A DNA stretch of 59,947 bases, filler included, from Platydemus manokwari (taxonomy: Eukaryota), in the NCBI GenBank assembly GCA_037951405.1. It is 5 parts of 5 records of this genome, joined end to end, with 100 filler letters (N's around TTAATTAATTAA, not from the genome) between each part and the next. Parts side by side here need not be neighbours in the genome. Positions count along the whole stretch, not along the records: positions 25,879 to 36,717 come from JBBMOY010973306.1; positions 36,818 to 50,734 come from JBBMOY011575854.1; 3 more parts are not named here. One strand, given 5' to 3'. Below the pieces are notes generated by a model, which did not search any database, had not been told where the DNA came from, and was given only the letters and a program-made list of their open reading frames with translations. Below, one piece after another: positions 27,761-38,346 of this stretch (position 1 is its first letter; each line of letters starts with the position of its first letter). The position numbers were made by a program, and so were the translations under genes.

Positions 27761-28410
27761 ATGACTGTGGGTTTGGAAGATCGTTCAATAATCCAAATGA
27801 TTACAATCCAACTGCTCCGATCTATTTAAACTATGGAATAAATCATGAAAATGATTTTTTAAAAGTAAAAATTAATAAACTTAGAATTGAGAACTTCTTA
27901 AATGAAAAAGAGTTTTAGAAGAATTATTAAGTTATAATAAGTTAAAAGTTGATGGTAGCCTGAAGTATTTTATTTTGACATCTGGTGGAGCTTTAACTAT
28001 AATGTCAAGTATTTTACCAGTTCTTTCGGATTTTGAAATTTTACCAACAATTACTTTATATTGTGAAGCTGGTTTTGGTTTATTTACAACAATAAATTCC
28101 GGTATTGGAGAATCATTTCATATTGGATTAAGTAGTAAAAAGAAAAAGATTTATAGGGAAATTTGTGAGGCGATTAAACATGGTATTGATAAATTGTATT
28201 TCTTTCAATTAAAAGCCTTAGAGGATAATATATTAACTGATGAAGAAATTAATAAAGCTAAAGATATTATAAAAGATTTACTTGAAGAAATTTTGTAGAT
28301 TTAAGAAAATGATATAAAATAGGAAAACAAATTGGGAAATGAAGCAAAGAAGGAATATAAAACAGAATTTGAACAGAAATATAGTGAAAATTCAAAGAAG
28401 TTAAAAAATA
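27761..28410 (+). pseudogene. Decayed Polinton-associated two-TM protein gene
   Basis: PTAP...FLKVKINKL..., a Gly/small-residue hydrophobic segment (LTSGGALTIMSSILPVL...GFGLFTTINSGIG), then KKKIYREI...IDKL...KALEDNILTDEE. This resembles the SKAL.D..ISDEEF protein I recall from invertebrate Polintons. Interrupted by stops and frameshifts. Confidence 0.5.
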
Positions 28411-28499
28411 AATAAAACTAAATAAATAAAAATGAATAAACGAAGTTAATTAACAAATATGTGTTTTTCTTATTTCATCTAATTTGTTAATCCATTCCA

Positions 28500-28700
28500 T
28501 ACACTTTAGACATTTTAATTGATGTCCATGTTGCCATGTTGCTATCCCATTATTTTCGATAAGTCTCTTATCATCAAATGGGTCTATGGGCATTTTTTCT
28601 TGAGAAAATAAATATATGATTTTCTGATTTTAAACCATAACTATGGCATTTTTCAAAATATTTTTTTTACTTGCATGGAAAATATTTCAAAACTATCTGT
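28500..28700 (-). pseudogene. C-terminus of a protein-primed DNA polymerase B (Polinton/Maverick)
   Basis: Minus strand reads IYLFSQEKMPIDPFDDKRLIENNGIATWQHGHQ (DDKR at 28564-28575). This matches the pPolB terminal motif K.AL...DDKR.I..DGI.TL.YGH. Confidence 0.75.
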
Positions 28701-28789
28701 ATTTTTTCATTTGCTTGTTATTGTTTATGTAAATATCTCTGGGAGTGGGAGTTGTACGGGTTTAGAGATTTTGACATTTGTTCATTCAA

Positions 28790-29500
28790 TATACAGACAT
28801 GGAGACAAACTAAACAAATAATCACATAATACATTTAGTTTTGTTCATTTATGAAATATTAAAAAAAAGCAAGTTAAGGTTTCATTAAGTTATTGTATTG
28901 TTAATACTATTTCAATAAATTTTTCAAGCCATGAGATTTTGCAGCTGTTTGTTTTTTATAAGTAGTTTCATCATTGAGACATGAACAGTATGTGTATTTG
29001 TGTATATGTGTATTTGTTTAAATATTATGATATTTGAAAAACATTTCAATAAATAATTATAAATAATAATTATAAATACTGATTATAAATAAGCATGCTG
29101 ATTTTCACATCAAATTACTTTATTTTTACTTCAGTATATTAAATATGTTATTCAATGTCATAGACAAACTGAACAAAAAATTAAACAATACTTACGTTTT
29201 TTTCATCTATAAAATATTTTAAAAAATGAGTAAGTTACTTGCTTCATTCTCTCGCTGTATTGAAAATATGACTTCTATGAATTATTCAATCCATGAGAAT
29301 TTGCAGCTGCATGTTATTTATAATCATATTCATCATTTAAACATGAACAGTGAAATTATATTCATATTTCATTTACTTATATTTCCATATTTTCAATATA
29401 ACATATCGAATAATTTAAACAAGATAATTAAATTCTTAATCTTTCAAAAATGTCATTTGAAAATAAATATAAGGATTAATATTGATATTATAAACACATA
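28790..29500 (-). repeat. Diverged ~360-bp tandem duplication
   Basis: CCATGAGA.TTTGCAGCTG...TCATCATT..ACATGAACAGT occurs at 28929 and 29291 (offset 362). AGACAAACT.AACAAA occurs at 28803 and 29162 (offset 359). Confidence 0.75.
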
Positions 29501-29741
29501 TTTATGAGAATCATTTTGATTCCCTCCTGTAAAAAATTAACAAATTAATCTTTACATAATTTTATTAATTTATCTATTATAAAACACCTGTGATAACAAT
29601 TCACACAACTTATAAATGATATGATACTTGTTCACAATTTAGTAATCAATGTCACTAGAAATAAATTATGATTAAACATCAACAATGAAATAAGCATTTA
29701 AATTTTGTTAAATAAAGTCAAATCTTCTTGGTAAACAAATT

Positions 29742-31135
29742 TCATTTACATTTATAATGTGAATTGTAAGACAATTTGTGACACCAATACAATTCCATAT
29801 TTTTATCTATAGAAACATAATAAGATGTTGCACAAAATCCAAATTTTTTCATGAAAACTTGTTGATTAGAATCTATTTTGCTGAAATTATCACCAGCAAA
29901 AATGTTACCCCAACTTCCGGTTTCCAATTTCTCCAACAATCGTTTATCATTTATGTTTATCCTTTGACCATCTTGCCTATACAGCACAACTAGATTGTTC
30001 CGTTGTAAACTTGATTGATATTTCGTGATGTCAATGTGACATACACGTAAATTAGTACAGTTATCATACGTCAACCACTTGGCGACATTGGGATTGAGAT
30101 TTTTATCGATATCAGTAAATTTTTCATCAATCATGCGATCAATAATTTCTTTTCTATGAAATGCTATAGCTCTTCCCTTTTTGTAAACACCTGTCATTAT
30201 AACCGTATGTTTTTCTTTTGAATTTAGTATTGGTTCAATATTTCTTTTATTTACAGGTGCAAAAATCGAGAATGATTGTTTATTATAGATTTTCTTGACA
30301 TTTCGTAGAATATTAAAACGATTTGATGATTGTAGGATTATCAGCTAAATTATAAATGCAATTTATTAAAAATGATATGGAAATATTTTATAAAATTAAT
30401 GAAACATTTTAACTAAATTATGTGATTTTTCTAAAAAATAACAATTTACTTTGTAAACAAAGTTTGAATTTTATAATTTATATTATGAAGTCATATCTCT
30501 GTATATTAAGATTTTAATTTTTTAATTTATTTTCATTTTATTTATTTACTATTGTTTGAATACAGAATATTTAAAGTTATGAGTTTAGCTTTCAATCGTT
30601 ACTTTCAATTTGCTCAATTTCTTTGAACAATCTAAAGGGCATAACGAATTACGATATAACATGCTTATGCTCTTTATGAAAACATTATAAATGGCGTCTC
30701 GTAATATTTCATTTCGTATTCATAATTTAAATTATTTACTTTTAACTTCATCATGAGATGTATTCAGAGGAACAGATATTGGAATAAAGAATAATAGTTA
30801 TGATAAAAACTTTCTACACAATAACTCCGTAAAAATTATAAAAATGTAATTTACAATAACATATAATAATATAATAAACAACAATCAATGTTACCTTATT
30901 CCATTCTTTATCTATAACATATATATGTATGATTCTTGGTTCTAATATCTCGTCACAATGATCAAATTGTCCGTATATCAAGCATTGATTGTCGATATAC
31001 ACGAATCCAAAACAATTTCTTGTCATGCATATCACAGCACAATTAAGAATATCTATATCGACAACAGTTTCAGTAAAATTACCAACCCATGTTAATTTCT
31101 TGAGAAATATATTTGATTCGGATTTTACCGATCTC
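29742..31135 (-). CDS. PAN/apple-like domain protein, 3' exons
   Basis: Exon ~31135-30895 (ILNCAVICMTRNCFGFVYIDNQCLIY, PAN-like Cys spacing) ends at AAG|gtaac. A phase-0 acceptor tttag opens an uninterrupted 603-nt terminal exon, 30344-29742. The 5' structure is unresolved. Confidence 0.5.
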
Positions 31136-32349
31136 TTTTAAAATTAGAAGCAATTGGAATGATATCTATGATTGTTAGAGGTATTTTATAAAGTGACTTC
31201 GAAATTATTGAATTCCAGTAACAAGGTACTTGTGTTTTCTCTCAAAATAAGCATATTAATATCTATTTAATAGATGGGATACGTAGATCCCAAATTTGTC
31301 GATGTTATAATGAAATGATTATTTTTTCCAAATCGAATTAATCATACAGGTGAAGATACCACAAATGTATAAGTTTCGGAATTTAAATAGGGACTTGGCT
31401 CAACAATTCAGCTTTGTCCTTTTTCGACTTTCTGTTTAAAGCACTTTTGGTAGACGGAGCTAACACAAAAAATTATATTAAAAAATATATTATATTAACA
31501 AACCCATTAGTAAACTAACAATCAATAAATAATGACAATTTTTATCAAAATAAAACCAGTAATTTAAAATAATTTATTGAGATACCACATAATTTGTAGA
31601 TTTCTCGCCAATGAAGAAATAACTTGCCATCGGAATATAATTGAAAGTCTAAATATCGTTGTAGAAATTATCGAAGAATGTTTTGTAAGTATCAAATATA
31701 GTATCAAAAATCATTCCTTCAAAATTGGGTTGAAGGACCCTTTTTCTTAACTTAAGCCGAAATATGAATTGAGATTATGTGGTATTTTCTGAAATCCATG
31801 TTAGTGAAATTGCAACAACATGAAATTTAAACAACAAAATAATATTTTAAAATGTGTTTAAATGAGGATTTTGCCGAATATTATAATTTTTTAAATGACT
31901 TCAAAATATAAATTATGTTACAATGTGAAATATAGATTATCTTTTTATATGATTCATTTTATTAAAATACATCCTAATGTATTTATAATTGCTTATAAGA
32001 AATTATGATTTCTTTTCTAATGTTCATAAAATAAACTTAGTTAATATATTAAATTTGATTTTATTGTGACCAATATTTATTGTTATTCATTACCAATTTA
32101 CAATGAATATCATACATATTTGTATTTATGATGAAGAAATAGTAGATTGGTATTTATAATTATTTATTCAAATGTTATACAAATATCATAATATTTAAAC
32201 AAATACGCACACAATATTTATATAGGTGCCAGCAAAAAATTTCGTGTTTATCAATCATAGCAAAAAAAATAATAAAAATAAATGAAGATCAAAGTTTGTA
32301 TTTTCTGGGGTAAATTTTTAACAAGACTGAAATTTATTCTGAAAAATGA

Positions 32350-33320
32350 AGTCAAAGTAATGGGAGATGCATTTTTTCATTGTAACTTTACCACAAAGCA
32401 ACCTATTGGCTGCCGAAATCCATCGTTTTCTTGTGAAATGTCATAAGCTTTTAGATGATACAGCAGATTATCAGAGTTTGCAGGGAATCGGCGAATTATT
32501 TTTAATCAAAAAGAAGGTTCAAAAAGACTAAGAACGAGCACTGCAGAATACAATGTCATTATTGAGCGTAAAGCAATTGAGGAAGACTGTCTCTTAAGCT
32601 GTATCCTCATTTCAAGAGTCACTTACATTGCAGAAACGAGTGATAACCTCATATTGAAATAAGAACTTGGAAAGAAGTTACATTGCAAAACAAATGGTTC
32701 CCTCGCACTAGGATGAATAATAAGAAGAGAATCAGTGTCAGTGGCTGTCAAAAAATGTTAAATGTTTATTCTGCAAGTAGGGCTCAAGTAAACATCATTG
32801 TCATCCATGAAAAATGTAATAATCTTTGAGACTAACGTTCAAAAGAATCAAACCGTTTTTGGGTGGGTGACACAGACGATGATCCAACGGTTCCTAGGAA
32901 GTCAATATCGAATCGCAAAAGCCTGATTATTGTTGATAACTGTTTGATTTCTATTTCCTCTTGTTCTAAATTTCTAAATCTAATAATTATATAAATAATA
33001 TGAATGGTACGCATAATAGTAAAATTCGCCATTTGTTCTTGTTGACGCAATGAATTCTGAGAATCAATGAAAGGTTGAGCTAATATCCAGAGACGATCCA
33101 AGAAGTTGAGAACCTGATGAGACCTATAATAATCCATTACAATTAATATGTTTCAAAATAAATTTATTGCTGATTGTCACCCTGGCGAATTACACTTAAA
33201 AAGGCTAAATCATTTAAATGAAACTAGACTTGTTTTTACGGATCAAAATCAAGTCCAGTGTTGATTGGAAGTCAATATTATTTTATTGAAATTTTCTAAC
33301 AAATTTATCAGCTTAAAAAA
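32350..33320 (+). mobile_element. Heavily decayed BEL/Pao LTR retrotransposon relic
   Basis: A Cys/His knuckle-like stretch (~32380-32450), RVTYIAE (protease flank), QTVFGWV (FGWV at 32858-32869), then ETRLVF and IILLKF appear in the order expected for Pao gag-PR-RT. Confidence 0.45.
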
Positions 33321-34119
33321 GGAATTAAAGCAAAATAGAAAATATCATAAAGAACGGAAATGATAAGTTTAAATAAGAAAAGCATATATTATATCAATCA
33401 ATGTAAACAATGTGATTGTTATTGCCTTATAACTAGGGCGAGGATTAGAATTAGAAAGTAAATAGAAGTATATAACAATATATGAATTTTAGATTTCCTT
33501 GATAATAAAACATGTTTAAAATGTAGAATTGTCAAATTAATAATGCATTTGAAAATAGCATTAAAAAGAGATTATTATGTATATATTATAGAGAAAAAAA
33601 AGGTAAGTAAACTGATAACAAGAAATATTATGATAAGGAATCATCTTTTATTAAATCATCCTCTTTGTTTGCATTTCATACTCAATGAGATCAGGATTAA
33701 ACAAATCTTTTAATCCTTCAGGTTGTACTAAAGAATTATTATTTAATTGGTCAGAATTTAAATTCATCAGAATCTATCAAATCAATTGAAGTAACTCAGA
33801 CAATGACTTATTTCTAGTAAAAACGTTAGAGAATACATGTATACGCAGTAAGTTCCCTAAGGTCGTCATGAAACGAATATTTTAAGATTAAAATTATAAT
33901 CCAAAAATAATAATTTTAAAATTAACTTAAAAATTAATTTTATTTATTTGAATTATTTTAAAATTTTAAAATTATTATCAGTTAATTTTAATTAATGCTC
34001 ACATTCCCATTTTCAAATTATTAATTTTCTCCACATGCATTTTTATTATAAGACCATAAAAATTTTGGTGTCACTTTCGTTGGGTTAGTTAGCAGAAGAA
34101 GCAGAATTTATAACAATAA

Positions 34120-34750
34120 AATGAAGATCTCCCCAAACTTTAAAGATTAGAATAACACAAGTAACAGAGGAAGTTTTAGCTCAAGTAATTAAGGATTTTT
34201 CAGCTCAATCAGATGATGATTTAATGAAAATTCAAGGAAGTGGGCGGAACATATTTGTATTAGGCAGTATAAAAGTAAATATTTCAAAGATCAATGTTTA
34301 ATCAGGTCATAGTTACCTTTACCTTTTTCAAGTAAGTCTTTATTAAATATAGAAAATTATGATAACAAATTTTCAAATCTAGCACATTTATATCCATTTG
34401 GTTTTAGATCTAACCAGAATAGATCGGGTCATTATATCAGATATTTTAATACAATAAATACAAATGATATAACATTTCCAACAGCAATTAATCTGATTTA
34501 TAAATTTGAAAATAATAATAATTTTAAAATAAATGTTTATGTATCAAATAAACGATCACAAATAAAGAATTTAAACGGAGCAAACATGCGTTAATATACT
34601 AAAAGAAAAGATTATCAAATATATCCAATTTATATATCACAAATAGAAATTTATACTCAGAATATAAAACTTCTATATTTAGAAAAAGGAGATAAAACAC
34701 ACTATGTTTATATAAAAAACTTGAATACGCTTATGAAGGGTGAAATAAGC
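34120..34750 (+). pseudogene. N-terminal region of a Polinton/adintovirus pPolB
   Basis: QGSGRNI..LGSIKVNISKINV*SGHSY, INIENYDNK, NDITFPTAINLIYKFENNNNFKINVY and IYPIYIS...NIKLLYLEKGDKTHYVYIKNLNTL follow, in order, the recalled consensus GSGW...INI.KY.PL.GSSY...IN..N.DN.CF...I.FP....I.KFE..N...INVY...HY..IKNL.RL. Confidence 0.8.
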
Positions 34751-34799
34751 TAATGGTTAAGAAATAATAAAAAATTAAATATATACTACAATCAAATAT

Positions 34800-36717
34800 T
34801 AAAAAATGGATCAAACGAAAATATCAGCCTTTTTCGCTATCCGGAAGAAGAATTTCAAACTCAAAACTATTACAAGAAAAGACCATCCTATGCAGAACAA
34901 GTTCAAAATAATAGACAATGGTATCATACATGATCTAAATCTGGACAACGTTATAATAAAGATGGAAAATTTTACCAGCAAAATAGAAAACAATTTAATA
35001 ATCAAAATGAAGAATTCAATAATAATAAACAGGACAGAAGACCACGTTTTAATCAAGAAGAATCGAAATACTACAATAATCGACAAGCTAAAAAAACAAG
35101 TCAAGAGTTCTATAGATACCAGCATGTAGAGGACTATCCCAAAAAGACAACATTTGGCAATAATCGAAATGAACGGAATATAAGCAGAAATGGGCAATTC
35201 AACTTTAGAAATAACAGAATCCAATCTAGACAAACAAGACTTAAATATCCTAACTCAAACAGCAACAATGACCTTAAACAGGAAGACACCAGAAACACAG
35301 GAAGCACTGCCAACAAAGACATAATTGACAATACTAACACTAACATTGAAAACACTACGCGCAATGCACACACCACACACAATACAAACACTGGTAGCAC
35401 TGCAAACACGAATAATAAAACACTCATTCCTAACATACCCAACCGCTCATTAAAGTTGCACTTGACAACACAATCATAATCAAGATTGAGCCAATGAAAT
35501 GCGAAAATCCAAACATAAGCATAAGAAAATTAAAGGAGGCAATCATAGGCGTAATAGGTCCAAGAGCAACCAATGACACGATAACGAAACGCACTAAACA
35601 AAACAAAAGTTTCAAGACACAAACACAAAAATTGCCTCAGATACAAATAACACAAACTGAAAATCATCAAAAGGACACCTAAATCATCACTAACAGTACA
35701 GTTAGTCCAGAAAGCACAGTCGATTTAGACAAGACCCCAAAGGGCACACAAGAAAAACAACAAGAAAAACAACAAGAAAAACAACACAAGAAATCATTAC
35801 ACAAGAAAAACTACACAAGAAAAACTACACAAGAAATCATTACACAAGAAATCATTACACGAGAAATCATTACACAAGAAATCATTACACAAGAAAAATT
35901 ACACAAAAAAACTACACAAGAAAAACTACACAAGAAATCATTACACAAGAAATCCTTACACAAGAAATCCTTACACAAGAAATCCTTACACAAGAAATCC
36001 TTACACAAGAAATCATTACACAAGAAAAACTACACAAAAAAAACTACACAAGAAATCATTACACAAGAAATCATTAAACAAGAAAAACTACACAAGAAAA
36101 ACTACACAAGAAAAACTACACAACAAATCATTACACAAGAAATCATTACACAAGAAAAACTACACAAAAAAAACTACACAAGAAAAACTACACAAGAAAA
36201 ACAACACAAGAAATCCTTACACAAGAAATCCTTACACAAGAAATCCTTACACAAGAAATCCTTACACATCCACCCCACTTACAAACAAATCACTCAAGCT
36301 CGATTGATGTGGTAGCACTGAGGGGGTCACCAACATTAACACCACCACTTCAAGATATGACCTCTCTAAGGACCAGATAGACACATTCATTCAGGACAAC
36401 ATCCCAGAACATGAAGTTTATTATCTAGGTTCATACATTACCGAAACTATAATCACATTCAATTTAAACACTGAAGAAGCTAACATTTGCATACCGACAT
36501 TAAACACTAGTAAGACATTTATAACTCCAATAAACATTAGGAACATTCACTGGGTCCTCTCACATAGATCTAGAGATGAAGGAATGGAATTGATAGATCC
36601 GATGGGAGACCAAAGTGCTTACCTCCTCGAAGCATCTGCGAAAGCCAACAAAATAATCAGTGTACTAAAGCAATCACAATACTGGGCAAACACGACATTA
36701 AATGGTCCAAAGAAATA
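34800..36717 (+). mobile_element. 5' part of a putative non-LTR element carrying a Ulp1/C48-like protease domain
   Basis: Abrupt shift to an A/C-rich strand. An N/Q/R/Y-rich frame (KRPSYAEQVQNNRQ...) is followed by a minisatellite, then an open frame from 36308 to the gap: DLSKDQIDTFI...FITPINIRNIHWVL...ELIDPMG...NGPKK, matching Ulp1 PIN...HW.L...D. Confidence 0.6.
35751..36267 (+). repeat. Minisatellite of interspersed 14- and 15-bp variants (roughly 35 units)
   Basis: Units AAATCATTACACAAG, AAATCCTTACACAAG and AAAAACTACACAAG, preceded by 12-bp CAAGAAAAACAA units. Confidence 0.95.
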
Positions 36718-36817
36718 NNNNNNNNNNNNNNNNNNNNNNNNNNNNNNNNNNNNNNNNNNNNTTAATTAATTAANNNNNNNNNNNNNNNNNNNNNNNNNNN
36801 NNNNNNNNNNNNNNNNN
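36718..36817. other. Artificial contig linker
   Basis: 44 N + TTAATTAATTAA (36762-36773) + 44 N. Confidence 0.97.
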
Positions 36818-36849
36818 AACATTTCGTCACGCTCTTCGTTGCATTGAGT

Positions 36850-37080
36850 CGAATTCCAAAATAAAATTTATGCTAGAAACGGTTATAAATTATATCATTC
36901 CCATTTGAATCTCTAAATAATCTCGGCCGAATAATAGAATTTTATGTTTTACTAATTTGTGGTTTATTTTTTTTGTTGTTTCAGACTAGATTAATATATG
37001 TGTTTACATTCATATGCTTGTGTCCAAATTATCTCACTATTTCTAATAAATTGTCTTTCTTCAAAAGCAAGAGGTACATT
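36850..37080 (+). mobile_element. Possible Penelope-like RT C-terminal relic
   Basis: IKFMLETVINYIIP resembles I.FT.E.E....LPFLD, and LHSYACV...LINCLSSKAR resembles LH..S..P...LI..L..RA. Very degenerate. Confidence 0.3.
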
Positions 37081-37429
37081 CCATTCATTGTCCTTATTTA
37101 AGATTTTGAGGACAAAATGGAAATAACTGTGAATTCAAGATAAGATATAAAATTACTCATCGTGTTGTATTTTTCTTTAAGAAAAAATTAATTATTTGTT
37201 TGAATCGATTCCACCACGAGAGGCTTTGAAATATTGAAAACCAGGGAAGATTGCATAATCTAAATTTATAATCATTTATATACCTATTATGATTTTGCAT
37301 TTGATCAATATTTGTTAATGCGATGAACTTTGATATTATAATGTCAAAAGAGTATTTTCACAAGGATGACGAGCTCAATCATGCCTCCAGATCCAAGCGA
37401 AAATCGCTGAAAAATTTTTCTAAAAAACC

Positions 37430-38346
37430 AGTAATTCTAAACTTACCTGGCTGTGTAGGCCGAATATTTTTCTGGGTTTACTTAATTGTAAATCTGGGTA
37501 CATCTGCACGGATAATGAGTTTAATCATACTCATGATCCGAGTGGCAACTCATATAAGTAAAGGCATTTCAAGAATAGGTCTTCCTTGTTCTCCGGGTCA
37601 AGCTCTCAGTCCGAAAATTGGGTTCTCAACAAACTGTTGGGAATTCTCAACGAATATGCCCAAACTAGCAAATCCAATAAGTGCAATTCACTAGATAATG
37701 TGTCGGACAATCAATCTCGCTCTTTCTCTGAGAACAATCTATCAAAACACTGTCCCGGACCACTGATACAGAATCAGGACCAACCCAGCAATCAACTTAT
37801 GCCAAAGTTACATATCTCAGCCAACGGTACACTCACGGAAGTCTTAATATCAGAACCCTCAACACAGGTAACCAAAGATATGACTGTTGAACCTAGCACC
37901 AAAGAAGTAACTACGGAACCGGGCGACAAAGACAATGGTTTTCTATACGATATCAGGACATTACAAAATCCGGCATTGAGATGGAAACCAGGTTATGTAC
38001 CAAAGGTCCATGATCCACGAGTTATACCATGGGACTATTTTGATGATAAGGACAAGACCTCGAACGGAACTCAACAAGTCCTAATCAACAGCTGCCGATG
38101 CAAAGTGAACAAATAAATCGGTCAATAGCCGGAGAAAACAACAGTACCAATATGCCGTCATTATTCGGAATCTCACGAGCGAAAAACCAAATGCTATCCT
38201 CAGAAACACAGGCGTCTACTGAGGTCCAAAACAATTCCGTTATAACACTTAAGTTCAAGTTCCCAATAACGGACAATGTTATGCTGAATTCGAGGATATT
38301 ACCTGGCCGAACGTCAATGACGAGGAGAAAGAAAGTCAGATTCTGA
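37430..38346 (+). mobile_element. Decayed LTR-retrotransposon integrase and C-terminal tail
   Basis: YLAV*AEYFSGF, TSARIMSL...VATH, RWKPGYV.KVHDP followed by a frameshifted R-SYT (PRSY-like), a Ser/Thr-rich tail and a basic end GRTSMTRRKKVRF*. GC content is higher than the flanks. Confidence 0.4.

Noticed and set aside
31320-31465. Possible exon (PSTKSALNRKSKKDKAELLSQVPI*)
   Set aside because: It could not be joined in frame to the PAN-like gene or any other gene.
34811-36023. Hydrophobic minus-strand ORFs (140, 102, 61, 70 aa) as membrane proteins
   Set aside because: They are antisense shadows of an A/C-rich strand and of the minisatellite.
35751-36267. CRISPR-like array
   Set aside because: Units are contiguous with no unique spacers, there are no cas genes, and the context is eukaryotic. 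It is a minisatellite.
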